This document shows positions 1 to 10,425 of a DNA stretch of 64,000 nt, piece after piece. Position numbers and translations under genes: made by a program. Below the pieces are notes generated by a model that ran no database searches, was not told the DNA's origin, and saw only the letters and a list, made by a program, of their open reading frames with translations. The stretch comes from a virus (Duplodnaviria; Caudoviricetes), in the IMG/VR virus record IMGVR_UViG_3300010346_001007, positions 55,435-119,434 of that record; one strand, 5' to 3'. The first letter of the stretch is position 1; each line of letters begins with the position of its first letter.

Positions 1-2
1 TT

Positions 3-629
3 AAAACTATACCCATAGAGGTTCTTCGATTGCCCACCGAAACCCCCGAGGTTAAATTTAATATGGATAAGTTTATTGCTAATACTAATAAAAAAATTGT
101 TAATATTGGATATTGGTTGAGAAAATTATCTTCTATTTATTTATTAAATTCAGACCAGGGAATTTATCAAAAGATTCGTCTGTTACCGGCAACGACATGG
201 GTTCCACCAGAATTAATAGAAACAACACTTGATATAGAAGCCGGATTTCGTGGTTATCCAATTTCGGATGATATGAAACGATCTGTTATAGATGTTCGCC
301 ATCTTCCTAATGATGAATATGATGAATTGCTTTCAAAAAATATATTGTTTGTTGATTTATATGATGCCAGTGCTAATAATTGTGTTATTGAAGCTATGGT
401 AAGAAATACTCCAATATTAATTAATCCTGTACCTGCGGTGGTTGAATATTTAGGTGAACAATATCCATTTTATTTTAAAGATTTAGAAGAAGCTTCTAAA
501 AAGCTAAAGGATATAGCTCTAATTAAAGAAACCAGTGATTATTTATTAAATAGTGGTATCGCAGAAAAAGTATCGGATGAACATTTTAAACGTACAATTA
601 GAAATGGGGAAATCTGGAAGAATTTATGA
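3..629 (+). CDS. Glycosyltransferase-like protein (GT-B C-terminal part), 5'-truncated by window
   Basis: Frame is open from the window start; EYDELL...DASANN.VIEA....P resembles a GT-B sugar-nucleotide-binding C-terminus; first of three adjacent GT genes. Confidence 0.55.
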   Translation, partial: KTIPIEVLRLPTETPEVKFNMDKFIANTNKKIVNIGYWLRKLSSIYLLNSDQGIYQKIRLLPATTWVPPELIETTLDIEAGFRGYPISDDMKRSVIDVRHLPNDEYDELLSKNILFVDLYDASANNCVIEAMVRNTPILINPVPAVVEYLGEQYPFYFKDLEEASKKLKDIALIKETSDYLLNSGIAEKVSDEHFKRTIRNGEIWKNL

Positions 630-1411
630 TTCCGAAAATTATTCATTTTATATTTGGATTAAGAGAAGATTTTGGAGGAATGCCGTTCTCTCAATGTCAT
701 TATTGGTCTATATTATCTGCTAAAATAATAAATAAAGATTATGAAATAGTTTTACATTATTTTTACGAACCAGTTAATAATGAATGGTGGGAAAAATGTA
801 AAAGTATAATAAAATTAAATAAATTAAAACAACTTCCTGTATCTGTTACAAATCATATTATAGAAAAACATGCTCATCGTTCTGATTTATTGCGGTTGGA
901 TATATTAAATGAAGAAGGAGGTATATGTTTAGATATTGATACTATTTGTATTAAACCTTTTGATCCGTTATTAGTACATGAAAATAAAGTTGTCATGGGA
1001 ATAGAAGTATTTGACGGAATTATTACAGGATTGTGTAATGCAGTTATTATTTCAAATAAAAACAATATATTTTTACAAAGATGGAAACAATTGTGTTTAA
1101 TTGAATTCGATCCACGAGATTATAATAGAACAGGCGTAAAACTTCCGTGGAGATTATATAATAGTTTTCCCGATGATATATGGGTTGAACCGCCAGAGTC
1201 ATTTTTTCGGTTAACATGGTCGGAAAAAGACTTTCAAGAGATGTATTTTAATAAAATTATATTTGATCGTTCTTATTCAGTGCATTTATATAATGGCTCG
1301 TGGAAATATCTTCAGCAAATTACGTATGAAGATATTATGAATAAAGATACTTCGTATAATTTACTTATGAGAAAAATTTTAAATGAAGCACGTACTCAAT
1401 CAATTCTTTGA
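626..1411 (+). CDS. Glycosyltransferase family 32-like (DXD)
   Basis: MIPKIIHF start; SDLLRL.IL..EGGI.LDID motif. Confidence 0.85.
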   Translation: MIPKIIHFIFGLREDFGGMPFSQCHYWSILSAKIINKDYEIVLHYFYEPVNNEWWEKCKSIIKLNKLKQLPVSVTNHIIEKHAHRSDLLRLDILNEEGGICLDIDTICIKPFDPLLVHENKVVMGIEVFDGIITGLCNAVIISNKNNIFLQRWKQLCLIEFDPRDYNRTGVKLPWRLYNSFPDDIWVEPPESFFRLTWSEKDFQEMYFNKIIFDRSYSVHLYNGSWKYLQQITYEDIMNKDTSYNLLMRKILNEARTQSIL

Positions 1412-2036
1412 CAAAATTTATTGTATTACTTGTGAAAATTTTACAGATCGACACAGTCTTGTAAAAGAACAATTAAAAGATATTGAATTTGATTGGGTTA
1501 TTAGTCCTCCTTCAGCATCGTTATTTAATAATGGGCATATTACTACTTCAGAAATGTCTGTGGCGCTGGGACAAATATCTGTGATAAATAATGCCCGTTT
1601 AAATGGATATAATAAAATTGCTATTTGGGAAGATGATGGAGTACTAACGGCAACTTCAAATGAAATTAAATCTTTTATAGATGAAATTCCTGATAAGTGG
1701 GATTTTTTATATTTGGGAAATGCTAACTGGACGGATAAATTTTGGCCTCCTATCGTTAAAGAATATTCTTTGCATGTTAATAAAGTTTATAGAGCAAATG
1801 GTTGTTCATTTATAGGAATAAATTCACAAATATATAATGAAATATTATTTAAGTTAAATAAATTAGATCGGGCTTCTGATTTTAAATTTAACGATTTATA
1901 TGAGAGAGGTAATACTTACGGTCCAAAAAAGTATTTTTCCAATACTATATCTATACCCCACGAAAAAATACGGCACACTTTTAGTGAAGAAAATTTGAAA
2001 AAGTTTATTCCTTCTTATATTTCTCATACTTTATAA
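1383..2036 (+). CDS. Glycosyltransferase family 25-like
   Basis: FDKIYCI, I.EDDG and WDFLYLG motifs. Confidence 0.75.
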   Translation: MKHVLNQFFDKIYCITCENFTDRHSLVKEQLKDIEFDWVISPPSASLFNNGHITTSEMSVALGQISVINNARLNGYNKIAIWEDDGVLTATSNEIKSFIDEIPDKWDFLYLGNANWTDKFWPPIVKEYSLHVNKVYRANGCSFIGINSQIYNEILFKLNKLDRASDFKFNDLYERGNTYGPKKYFSNTISIPHEKIRHTFSEENLKKFIPSYISHTL

Positions 2037-2066
2037 TTTATAGTAAGTTATTTGTTTTTACTGTGA

Positions 2067-2073
2067 TATTTAT
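2067..2073 (+). promoter_or_regulatory. Putative late promoter motif TATTTAT
   Basis: 6 nt before ATG 2080; the same motif precedes several structural-type genes. Confidence 0.5.
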
Positions 2074-2079
2074 ATAAGT

Positions 2080-3051
2080 ATGGAAAACTATAGAGAATAT
2101 TGTAATAGGCTTTTGGGATTACCCAAAAATAAAAAATCGATTTTATCTGAAATGAGGCATACTTCCCTCGATTCTCCGATATTATCTCCGACGGCAATAC
2201 CTACTCCTATTATTGGTGGGGCTGTTAGAGGAAGTGTTACGGGAGGATTGCCTTCGGGGGCCGACCAATTTGGAGATATAAGCCCCAGCCGATTGGGGGG
2301 TTATGAAAAGGTCGATGTAAATACAGTTAATAGTAAACTTGTAGATAATACTCCTAAAAATCCCGAAATAGCATCGCCCAATCCTATTAATCAAGACCCA
2401 TCTTTAGTGGGGGGAGTTACGCACCCGCATCAAGTTCAAAAAAATGCGGGGGAAGTCCCTCAAAATGTTACAGGAGCTTCTACGGATGGCGATGATTCTT
2501 TAATGGTAAAACCAAACGCCCCCGATGGAATTGATATTGAAATAGATGAGAGGGGAAAAACCCCTCCGGTTGGAAGCCATGTAGTAAGAGAACTGGATGA
2601 AACATTCAGAAGGCATAAAAAATTTATGAGAAAAAGTCTTAATCTTAAAGAATGTACCTGTGAATGCGGAGATCCCGATTGTAAATGTGAATGCATGACT
2701 GACGAATGTATGACGGATGAGTGCAAATCTTGTGGTTGCGGAAAATCTAAAAAAAATAAAATGGAAGAAAACGTGGGAGCTTCGGAACCATTTGTAACTA
2801 AATGGAAAATGGATCCGGAAAAAGCTGGAATGATAAAAGTTGAAGAAAAAGAAACGATTAAAGAAGCATTTGAACGATTGAATACTTTAGCTGGTATATC
2901 TCCATTAAAAGAAAAAAATAAAGAAAAAGAAGTTAATGAAGAAGAACTTTCAGAAACCTCTGATAAATACAGTCCTCCATTTTCTCGTATGAGAGGTTTA
3001 GCAAATATTGGTGAAAAAAGAATGATGCCCGACGGTACTTGGACGGTGTAA
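2080..3051 (+). CDS. Putative virion head-internal protein with Cys-rich segment
   Basis: Low complexity, several L/I-x-E sites, ERLNTLAGI/RMRGLA motifs; CTCECGDPDCKCEC...CKSCGC cluster. Confidence 0.45.
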   Translation: MENYREYCNRLLGLPKNKKSILSEMRHTSLDSPILSPTAIPTPIIGGAVRGSVTGGLPSGADQFGDISPSRLGGYEKVDVNTVNSKLVDNTPKNPEIASPNPINQDPSLVGGVTHPHQVQKNAGEVPQNVTGASTDGDDSLMVKPNAPDGIDIEIDERGKTPPVGSHVVRELDETFRRHKKFMRKSLNLKECTCECGDPDCKCECMTDECMTDECKSCGCGKSKKNKMEENVGASEPFVTKWKMDPEKAGMIKVEEKETIKEAFERLNTLAGISPLKEKNKEKEVNEEELSETSDKYSPPFSRMRGLANIGEKRMMPDGTWTV

Positions 3052-3494
3052 TTATGTCAGATAAAATAAATAATATTATAGATTCCGGATTAAAACATCA
3101 ATTGGGATCTTTATATCATTATTTATCTAAAAAATTAAATATACGTAAAATTCCTCGCTTAAAAGTGGTTAATGATAAAAAAAATCATGATAATCCATTT
3201 GGATATACTGCGTATTATAAAAATAATACAATTACATTATATATTACCGGAAGACATTCAACCGATATTCTTCGGTCCTTTGCTCATGAAGTAATACATC
3301 ATTGGCAAAATGAACGAGGAACGTTGAGAGATTCTAATTCTAACGATCCAGGATATGCTCAGTCGGATGAGTGGTTAAGAAGAAGAGAAATGGAAGCATA
3401 TCTATTTGGAAATTTATTATTTAGAGATTGGCAAGATGAGAATAGAAATGGTCCTCCTAAAAATATTCCTTTCTTGCCTCAACCATTGGATTAA
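3039..3494 (+). CDS. Zn metallopeptidase-like protein (HExxH)
   Basis: LRSFAHEVIHHWQ plus downstream EMEAY; true start probably ATG 3054. Confidence 0.7.
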   Translation: MDGVIMSDKINNIIDSGLKHQLGSLYHYLSKKLNIRKIPRLKVVNDKKNHDNPFGYTAYYKNNTITLYITGRHSTDILRSFAHEVIHHWQNERGTLRDSNSNDPGYAQSDEWLRRREMEAYLFGNLLFRDWQDENRNGPPKNIPFLPQPLD

Positions 3495-3497
3495 ATT

Positions 3498-3926
3498 ATG
3501 AGTGATAATTACGAAAGTTTAAATTCAAAATTGCCCGATTTAAAGTCCGTAATTATAAATAGAGCAAAGGGTAAACGTGAAGAAATATTACCGCCTCCCG
3601 GAACATTTGATCCATACCAAATGATGATTGATAGAAAAAGAGAAATGGATCCATCTGACTTTAAACCAGGTCCTATTGTACGATGGCCCAAAGAAGATAT
3701 TGAAGCGTTAGAAGAATATTGTAAAAAAATGGGAATACATGGATTTAAAACAACAATAAATCCAAAAATTGCTTTAGCACAATTGAAGCGAAAATTCGGG
3801 GACGATTATACGGGAGTACCAATGGAAGACCGAGTTCCAGAAGGATATGAACGAATAACACCTAAATATGGTCCTAATAATACCTATTCCGAGGCAATGC
3901 GGAAAAAACAAATATTACACGATTAA
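3498..3926 (+). CDS. Hypothetical protein
   Basis: 142-aa ORF packed within the operon. Confidence 0.6.
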   Translation: MSDNYESLNSKLPDLKSVIINRAKGKREEILPPPGTFDPYQMMIDRKREMDPSDFKPGPIVRWPKEDIEALEEYCKKMGIHGFKTTINPKIALAQLKRKFGDDYTGVPMEDRVPEGYERITPKYGPNNTYSEAMRKKQILHD

Positions 3927-3951
3927 TTTTATTTATAAGAATTAAATAAAA

Positions 3952-4890
3952 TTAAGAATCTATTGTCCATCCTAGATTTCTCAATCCTTGTATAGCTGCT
4001 TTACCTTGAGTTCCTATAGTATCAAGATCGGTTCCCTCAATATTTAAATAAGCTTTAGTTGTAGATTCTTTACTTTGTGTATAAAATTGAGGCAATATTG
4101 AATCTAAAACGTCATTTGATAGATTTGTATTTTTAAGATTTATGTAGGATAAACTAATATTATTTGACATTGTAAATTCTTCTAAAGAAGTACATCCTTC
4201 GAGAGACATAGATATAAAATTCTCATTTCCTATTACATCATATACTTTAAGTTGGGAACAACTATCAAATGTTAATCCGGCTAAAGTTGGACAATAATGT
4301 GAATGTACTTCAATTACATTAGATGAAGTATATGGAATTTTATATCCCGATCCAGTAAATACTACTCCCGAATCAATATTTCCTTTAAAATATGAACGAG
4401 AATCGAAAGTCCCGCTAAAATATGAATTGCTAATTATAGTTCCTGAAAATTCAATACTTCCCGTAATTACTCCGGCCATACTTCCACTAAATATTCCAAC
4501 TGCTTCTGATTGCTCAATTATAATCACATTGTTTTCAGACATTTCACCCACATGAAATATGGGTTCTGTATTGGGTGGAACTATATATGACCCACTAAAG
4601 TAAAAATGAGGAAATTGACCATCCAAAATAGATTCGCTTTGAATGGAACAACTTAAATCGAAACTGCCGGTTAAAGATCCACTAATTATTGAATCCTTTA
4701 TTGATCCACTCATTAATGATTCACTTATAAATGATCCACTAATTATTGAATTTGAATAAATATAAGTCTCTGTTGATCCACTATTAATTTTAGTATATGA
4801 ATGTCCATAAATAGGTGAAAAGGATCCACTGGGTTTCGGAATTATTATTTTGTTTTCAAATGCTATCATAATATTATAAATTTGGGTCAA
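3952..4890 (-). CDS. SGS-repeat protein with C-terminal leucine-rich-repeat-like region
   Basis: Many SGS/TGS motifs; L.F..C.QL and L.GC..LE..L.YINL.N.NL LRR-like pattern. Confidence 0.55.
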   Translation of the reverse strand: MTQIYNIMIAFENKIIIPKPSGSFSPIYGHSYTKINSGSTETYIYSNSIISGSFISESLMSGSIKDSIISGSLTGSFDLSCSIQSESILDGQFPHFYFSGSYIVPPNTEPIFHVGEMSENNVIIIEQSEAVGIFSGSMAGVITGSIEFSGTIISNSYFSGTFDSRSYFKGNIDSGVVFTGSGYKIPYTSSNVIEVHSHYCPTLAGLTFDSCSQLKVYDVIGNENFISMSLEGCTSLEEFTMSNNISLSYINLKNTNLSNDVLDSILPQFYTQSKESTTKAYLNIEGTDLDTIGTQGKAAIQGLRNLGWTIDS

Positions 4891-5194
4891 TTACAAGGAT
4901 TAAAGTATTATTATATGGATCGGACAACCTTGGGTCAACAACTGTAGTTGTTCTTTCCAATTCAAATTTAGATAATGTAGATTGGATTACTTTTATAGAA
5001 GGATCTATTGCAATAGATTTAATTCCTTTGAGTGGGGGTTGAAAGGTATAATATGCCTTTTTATAATGGGTATCGATGACAAACCAAGGTTCTTCTTTGT
5101 AATCTAATTGTCCGACCCATCCGAGTTTTATAGCTAAAGATTTAGCCGGAATAAAATTAGTAGAATCTATTGATATATAAATTTTCTTTATCAT
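4874..5194 (-). CDS. Hypothetical protein
   Basis: 106-aa ORF; TATTTAT motif 4 nt upstream on the minus strand (5199-5205). Confidence 0.6.
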   Translation of the reverse strand: MIKKIYISIDSTNFIPAKSLAIKLGWVGQLDYKEEPWFVIDTHYKKAYYTFQPPLKGIKSIAIDPSIKVIQSTLSKFELERTTTVVDPRLSDPYNNTLILVIDPNL

Positions 5195-5289
5195 ATCTAT
5201 AAATAGTTTATATTTTTATAAAATTATAAAAAATAATTAAAAAGATTTACGAAATATAGAAATATATTTATAAATACAGGAAATTTAAC

Positions 5290-6237
5290 ATGAAAAAAAT
5301 ATATGTTTCAATAATTGTTGCGGGATTGACAGCTTTATTAACAAGTTGTGCTATTTTTACAACAAAAGGGAAAGCCTCTATAGCCGAAGAAAAAGGCCGA
5401 ATTAAAATTGTTGATTTAGAAGCTGCTCAATCAGAAAATGTAGCTAATAAGTTAGATGAAGTGGCTGGATGGGCATATGGTACGGATTATGCACTTAGTA
5501 AAGTAAATGAACCTTCTCAAGAAGTTATAGTTGCTAAAGATATAAATAGACGAGTTATTTCTCTTTCTGGAAGTCCTACTATTGAAAAAATGAAGGAAAT
5601 GCAAGAAATGATTGATAAATTGACTTCCGATTTAGAATTGGAAAAGGAAATGGGGAAGAAAAAATTGGCCTCAAAAGATAAAGAAATACTACAATTGCAG
5701 AATGAAAGTAAAGCAATATCAAAGGCTAAAGAAGTTGAAATAAAAAAATATATGGATAAAGCGGCTGCCGCCGCTGCCGCCGCAGATGCATATAAATTCC
5801 AATTGAAAGAATATGAGGGTTGGTTTGGATTAAAAGCAGTAGTTAAAGGCTTATGGCAATTTATTCGTACATCAATGTGGTTTTTATTAGGAGGAAGTAT
5901 TTTATTCTTTATTTTAAGAATGGCCGCATTTTCTAGTCCAATTGCAGCATCTATATTTAGTATATTTACTACTATAGCGGGCTGGATAATTAATATTATA
6001 CAATTTATTGTTCCAAAAGCAGTTGAAGCAACGGGGTATATTACTAATAAGGCATTTAATGTTTATAAAAGTGCCTTGTGGAAAGTTGTTGATGGAATTC
6101 AAATTATAAGATATAAAGCCGAAGAAACAGGAAAAACTCCAGATATTGAAGAAGCCATTGAAGAAATTAGTAAAACAATGAGTCCAGAAGAGAAAGAAAT
6201 TATTAATAATATAAAAAAGACATTAAATTGGAAATAG
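5290..6237 (+). CDS. Lipoprotein with coiled-coil body and C-proximal transmembrane segments (spanin-like candidate)
   Basis: MKK + hydrophobic stretch + LTSC lipobox; long helical region; hydrophobic segments WFLLGGSILFFIL and IAASIFSIFTTIAGWII. Confidence 0.55.
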   Translation: MKKIYVSIIVAGLTALLTSCAIFTTKGKASIAEEKGRIKIVDLEAAQSENVANKLDEVAGWAYGTDYALSKVNEPSQEVIVAKDINRRVISLSGSPTIEKMKEMQEMIDKLTSDLELEKEMGKKKLASKDKEILQLQNESKAISKAKEVEIKKYMDKAAAAAAAADAYKFQLKEYEGWFGLKAVVKGLWQFIRTSMWFLLGGSILFFILRMAAFSSPIAASIFSIFTTIAGWIINIIQFIVPKAVEATGYITNKAFNVYKSALWKVVDGIQIIRYKAEETGKTPDIEEAIEEISKTMSPEEKEIINNIKKTLNWK

Positions 6238-6269
6238 TCAATACTATTTATATTTAATATTAAAGCATT

Positions 6270-6953
6270 ATGAAAATTACAAAAAATCAACTAAAACGGG
6301 CAATTAAACAAATAGTAAGAGAAACTATTGAAGAGCGGCATGAGAAAAAGCAAACTCTTTTCAAAAAACATTTAACTGAGGCCGGATTAACTAGCGAAAC
6401 TGAAAATCAAACTCAAGGTTATAATGAGAATGAAGAGATCATGCTTATTAAAGTAATGAAATTAATTGCCGATAAATTGTTAGCCATGCACGGAAATCAA
6501 GCTACCCCAACAATTGGAATGGCAACGGCAGAATATCCCGCTGACAACCAGGAGGATAACCAATCTGATATGGAAATAGAAGCCGAACCGGAAGATGGCG
6601 ATGATGGAAATGAGGGAGAAGAAATTCCTACAGATAATGACAATGTAGAAGAAATTCCATTGGGTGATGAGGAGCCAGAAAATAATGTCGATGGAGATGA
6701 AGAAAATGAAGTTCCAGCCGATAATGAAACGCCGGAAGATAAAGAAGAAGACGAAGAAAATTTAGAAGAAGCTTCATATAAAAAAATTGCCAAGCGTGCA
6801 TATGAAACTTCGAAAGATATGAAAGCTCGTACAATACAATATGATCCCGAAGTTACTGAAAACTTTAAAGTTCAAACTCGGTCTTATCGTACTTCAGATG
6901 ATAATGCTAGTGATCCTAATAAAGTAAGGGACCCCGAAATTCCACAAGTATAA
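6270..6953 (+). CDS. Acidic putative head-internal/scaffold-type protein
   Basis: MKITKNQLKRAIKQIVRE N-terminus, very acidic middle, L-x-E sites, TATTTAT upstream (6245). Confidence 0.5.
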   Translation: MKITKNQLKRAIKQIVRETIEERHEKKQTLFKKHLTEAGLTSETENQTQGYNENEEIMLIKVMKLIADKLLAMHGNQATPTIGMATAEYPADNQEDNQSDMEIEAEPEDGDDGNEGEEIPTDNDNVEEIPLGDEEPENNVDGDEENEVPADNETPEDKEEDEENLEEASYKKIAKRAYETSKDMKARTIQYDPEVTENFKVQTRSYRTSDDNASDPNKVRDPEIPQV

Positions 6954-7039
6954 AATAAATAAATAAAAAAAGTTGATATTATGTTCATGATAGGGCATAA
7001 TATATATGTTATAGGTTAAATTATAAATAAAGGATCTTT

Positions 7040-7336
7040 ATGTCATTATATGTAATTGATACAACATTAAATCCTCCACAAGAAAAGAGATTTATTAATT
7101 ACTCCGATCTTGTATTATATTTGGATGGAATGTCTCAAAGAGCATTTGGACAAACACGAAAACAACGTACTATATTATTAGAAGAATGTGGGCATGGGGC
7201 CGATGATAGAAACTCAACATTGTTTGTAAGATCCATGCAAGAGCAATTCCAAATAGGAATTGTTAGAGATGGTCGCCTAGTACGATGCGATGTTACCGCT
7301 CTCATTTCATTTCAAAAACCCGAATTTGGGGATTAA
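7040..7336 (+). CDS. Hypothetical protein
   Basis: 98-aa ORF upstream of the helicase. Confidence 0.6.
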   Translation: MSLYVIDTTLNPPQEKRFINYSDLVLYLDGMSQRAFGQTRKQRTILLEECGHGADDRNSTLFVRSMQEQFQIGIVRDGRLVRCDVTALISFQKPEFGD

Positions 7337-7356
7337 TATTGTTAGTCTAATTAGTT

Positions 7357-10071
7357 ATGGATATTAAATGGAGTGATCCATATTCTATGAAAATAGGGTT
7401 TCGCACCGTATGGCGAAGAGAGTGGTGTATTCCTCCCTCCATGTTAGAATCGTTTTTCATGTTCTGGAAACGTAACCGATTTAAGATGTTAGCCAATGGA
7501 TTTACGGTTACTAAAAGTTCTAATACTGGAAAATGGTTTTTATTTGAAACTAAAGATAATATAAAATTATTTGATTCTTTTAGTTTGGAGGAACCTTCGC
7601 TCCCCGTAGATTCTTTTGTATTACCGGATTATCAAATTAAGAATATACAAGGATTGCGTACTTGGCAAGTAGAATCTGCCGGAAAATTATGTGCAGCAAT
7701 TAAGCATTGGGGCGCAGCCATTGATGGTAGCGATACTGGATGTCATGCTAAGGGTCAGCCAATTTTAATGGCTAATGGAACTATTAAAAAAGTTGAAGAT
7801 ATTATTGTTGGTGATATTATAATGGGATGGCAGGGACCTCAAATAGTAACAGAATTAAAACGTGGTCGACAGAGAATGGCTAAAATAATCCCTAAAAAAG
7901 GCAAATCTTTCATTGTAAATTTAGATCATATTTTAACTGTTGCATTGACCAACAGTTGTTCTAAAACACATAAAACTACGGGAGGGTATTGTTATGGTAG
8001 TATTGTGGACATTAAAGTTAAAGATTATCTTAAATTATGTAATGCTACTAAACATGCAATGAAATTATTCTCGGTTGCAGTAAATAATTGGGAGAGTAAA
8101 AATTTACCTTTTAGTCCATATTTTGTGGGTGCTTTACTCGGAGATGGAGGAATGTCAACACGATCTACAGTTACATTTACATCTAAAAAAAGTGTAATTT
8201 GGGAAATGATTTCCAATGAATGTAATGAAAATGGATGGAAACTTGGGACTACAAAAGAGAACATTACACGAAGAATAACTAATGCTCCAACATTATTTAA
8301 ATGGTTAAGAGATAATAATTTGTTGCCAGTTTCATGTGCAAATAAATTTATTCCTCACAATTATAAAACGGGAAGTCAAGAGCAACGATTACAATTATTG
8401 GCCGGTTTGTTGGATACCGACGGTTATTATCATCGTAACAATGGATATGAAATAACATTAAAATCTTCTCGATTATCGGAAGATATAGTATTTGTTGCCC
8501 GATCCCTTGGATTATCAGCATATACTAACCCCTGTAAGAAAAAAAGTAGTACTGGAGTAATAGGAGATTATTTTAGAACATTTATAAGCGGAAATGTTGA
8601 TATAATACCATGTCGGGTCGATTATAAAAAAGCGAAACCCAGAAGACAAAAGAAAGATGCTCTACGTCGGGGATTTAGAATTGAATTACTCGAAGAAGAC
8701 GATTACTATGGGTTTTCCCTGGATGGAGATGGTAGATTTTTATTGGGGGATTTTACTGTAACACATAATACTGGTAAAACTTATTCTTCAATTGCAGTTG
8801 CTCGGGAATTAGATTTAAAAATTTGTGTAATATGTCCCAAATCAATTATTAATAAATGGAAACAAGTTATTACAGAACATTTTGGCCTTGGAGATAAATT
8901 AATTGATGTAACTAACTATGAAAAACTTATTCGAGGAAATAAGGATTCAAAAATTGGTTCGTTTGTATTGCATCGTCATGCTAGAGGTAAAAAATTTGAA
9001 TGGAAACTCCCTAAAAAAACACTTATTATATGGGACGAAGCACATAAATTAAAAAACTGGAAAACTCAAAATGCAAAAAGATGTAATGATGCCATTGTAA
9101 AGGGCTATCCGATGTTATTTTGTTCGGCCACCTTAGCTACTAATCCATTAGAAATGAGAGCTATTGGTAAAGCAGTTAAGTTATTTACTGGTAGCCGATC
9201 TTATTATGATTGGGCATATAATAATGGTGTATATAAAGGAACATGGGGGTTGGAATTTAATAATGATAGAAGAGTACTTAAACGACTCAATCATCAATTA
9301 TTTACCCAACGGGGAGTGCGGTTGAGGCGGGATAAAATACCCAATTTTCCAGTTAGCGAAATTAGTCCAGAAATATATGACATGGATTTACAAGATGTCA
9401 ACAAGATCAATGAAATTTTTTGGGAAATGGAACGGGAACTTGAACTTGTTCGTCAGAGAGAAAAAGAAGATAAAAAAAGAGCCAATCAAGTAAATCAAGA
9501 ATTACAAGAAATAGTAATTCAAATGCGAGCAAGACAAAAAACAGAATTAGTAAAAGTGCCCCTGTTTATAGAAATGATAGAAGAAGCTAAAGAAGAGGGG
9601 TTTTCAGTTGTAGTATTTGTTAATTTTACCGAAACTTTACAAGCAATGGCTAATCGTATTGGAACAACATGTATTTTTGATGGACAAATTCCAGATAAAG
9701 AGCGAGCAAAAAATGTGAAGTTATTTCAAGCGGATAAAGAACGAGTAATTATTGTCAATACTCAATCAGGAGGGACGGGATTAGATTTACATGATTTACA
9801 TGGTAATTTTCCAAGATTAAGTTTAATTTCTCCTGCATATTCGGTTATCCTTATGAAACAAGCATTGGGCCGAGTTTGGAGAGATGGAGCTAAAACCAAA
9901 AGTCTTCAAAAAATTGTTTGCGTGGCAAATACAGTTGAAGAAAATGTATGTAAAAATTTGCAGAGAAAATTTAATAATTTGAGTTTATTGAATGATGGTG
10001 AATTGGATAAGTTAGATATACTTAGTGATAAAGATTTGGCATATTCGAGAAATTCAACAATAGATATATAA
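7357..10071 (+). CDS. SF2 (SNF2-like) helicase/ATPase containing an intein
   Basis: Split Walker A (DTG|TGKT), DEAH, SAT, GGTGLDL and QALGRVWR motifs. Confidence 0.9.
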   Translation: MDIKWSDPYSMKIGFRTVWRREWCIPPSMLESFFMFWKRNRFKMLANGFTVTKSSNTGKWFLFETKDNIKLFDSFSLEEPSLPVDSFVLPDYQIKNIQGLRTWQVESAGKLCAAIKHWGAAIDGSDTGCHAKGQPILMANGTIKKVEDIIVGDIIMGWQGPQIVTELKRGRQRMAKIIPKKGKSFIVNLDHILTVALTNSCSKTHKTTGGYCYGSIVDIKVKDYLKLCNATKHAMKLFSVAVNNWESKNLPFSPYFVGALLGDGGMSTRSTVTFTSKKSVIWEMISNECNENGWKLGTTKENITRRITNAPTLFKWLRDNNLLPVSCANKFIPHNYKTGSQEQRLQLLAGLLDTDGYYHRNNGYEITLKSSRLSEDIVFVARSLGLSAYTNPCKKKSSTGVIGDYFRTFISGNVDIIPCRVDYKKAKPRRQKKDALRRGFRIELLEEDDYYGFSLDGDGRFLLGDFTVTHNTGKTYSSIAVARELDLKICVICPKSIINKWKQVITEHFGLGDKLIDVTNYEKLIRGNKDSKIGSFVLHRHARGKKFEWKLPKKTLIIWDEAHKLKNWKTQNAKRCNDAIVKGYPMLFCSATLATNPLEMRAIGKAVKLFTGSRSYYDWAYNNGVYKGTWGLEFNNDRRVLKRLNHQLFTQRGVRLRRDKIPNFPVSEISPEIYDMDLQDVNKINEIFWEMERELELVRQREKEDKKRANQVNQELQEIVIQMRARQKTELVKVPLFIEMIEEAKEEGFSVVVFVNFTETLQAMANRIGTTCIFDGQIPDKERAKNVKLFQADKERVIIVNTQSGGTGLDLHDLHGNFPRLSLISPAYSVILMKQALGRVWRDGAKTKSLQKIVCVANTVEENVCKNLQRKFNNLSLLNDGELDKLDILSDKDLAYSRNSTIDI
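7741..8769 (+). mobile_element. Intein (343 aa) with LAGLIDADG homing endonuclease
   Basis: Starts CHAKGQPILMANG; block B IVNLDHIL; GALLGDG and LAGLLDTDG; ends VTHN followed by +1 Thr; inserted in the P-loop. Confidence 0.95.
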
Positions 10072-10080
10072 GGAGTTGAT

Positions 10081-10425
10081 ATGGAAAAGACTATGAAGCC
10101 ATCAAAGTTTAAAAATATAGTAGTGCGTTTATCGGCGGATAATATATTAGAGTTTAAAGTAGATACTGATATTTTTGATGACCCTTTCATGGAAGCAGCA
10201 ACTCGGGCAATAGAAAAATCTAAAAAATCTAAACATAGTATAGTACGAGCCATTACTGAATGTTGGGAGAAAAGATCGCCTAAAAAAGTTATTATGTATA
10301 ATTCATATTGGATATTAGTTAATGCATCTTTATATTCGAAAGCCGAAATGCTGCGTGAAAAATTTAGAATGCAAACAAATTGTGATTTAGCAAAGGAGCC
10401 AATCCGTGGAGAACTTCCAGAATAA
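10081..10425 (+). CDS. Hypothetical protein
   Basis: 114-aa ORF in operon. Confidence 0.6.
   Translation: MEKTMKPSKFKNIVVRLSADNILEFKVDTDIFDDPFMEAATRAIEKSKKSKHSIVRAITECWEKRSPKKVIMYNSYWILVNASLYSKAEMLREKFRMQTNCDLAKEPIRGELPE

Noticed and set aside
5761-5784. GC-rich gccgcc repeat as a regulatory element
   Set aside because: It simply encodes a poly-Ala run in a helix.
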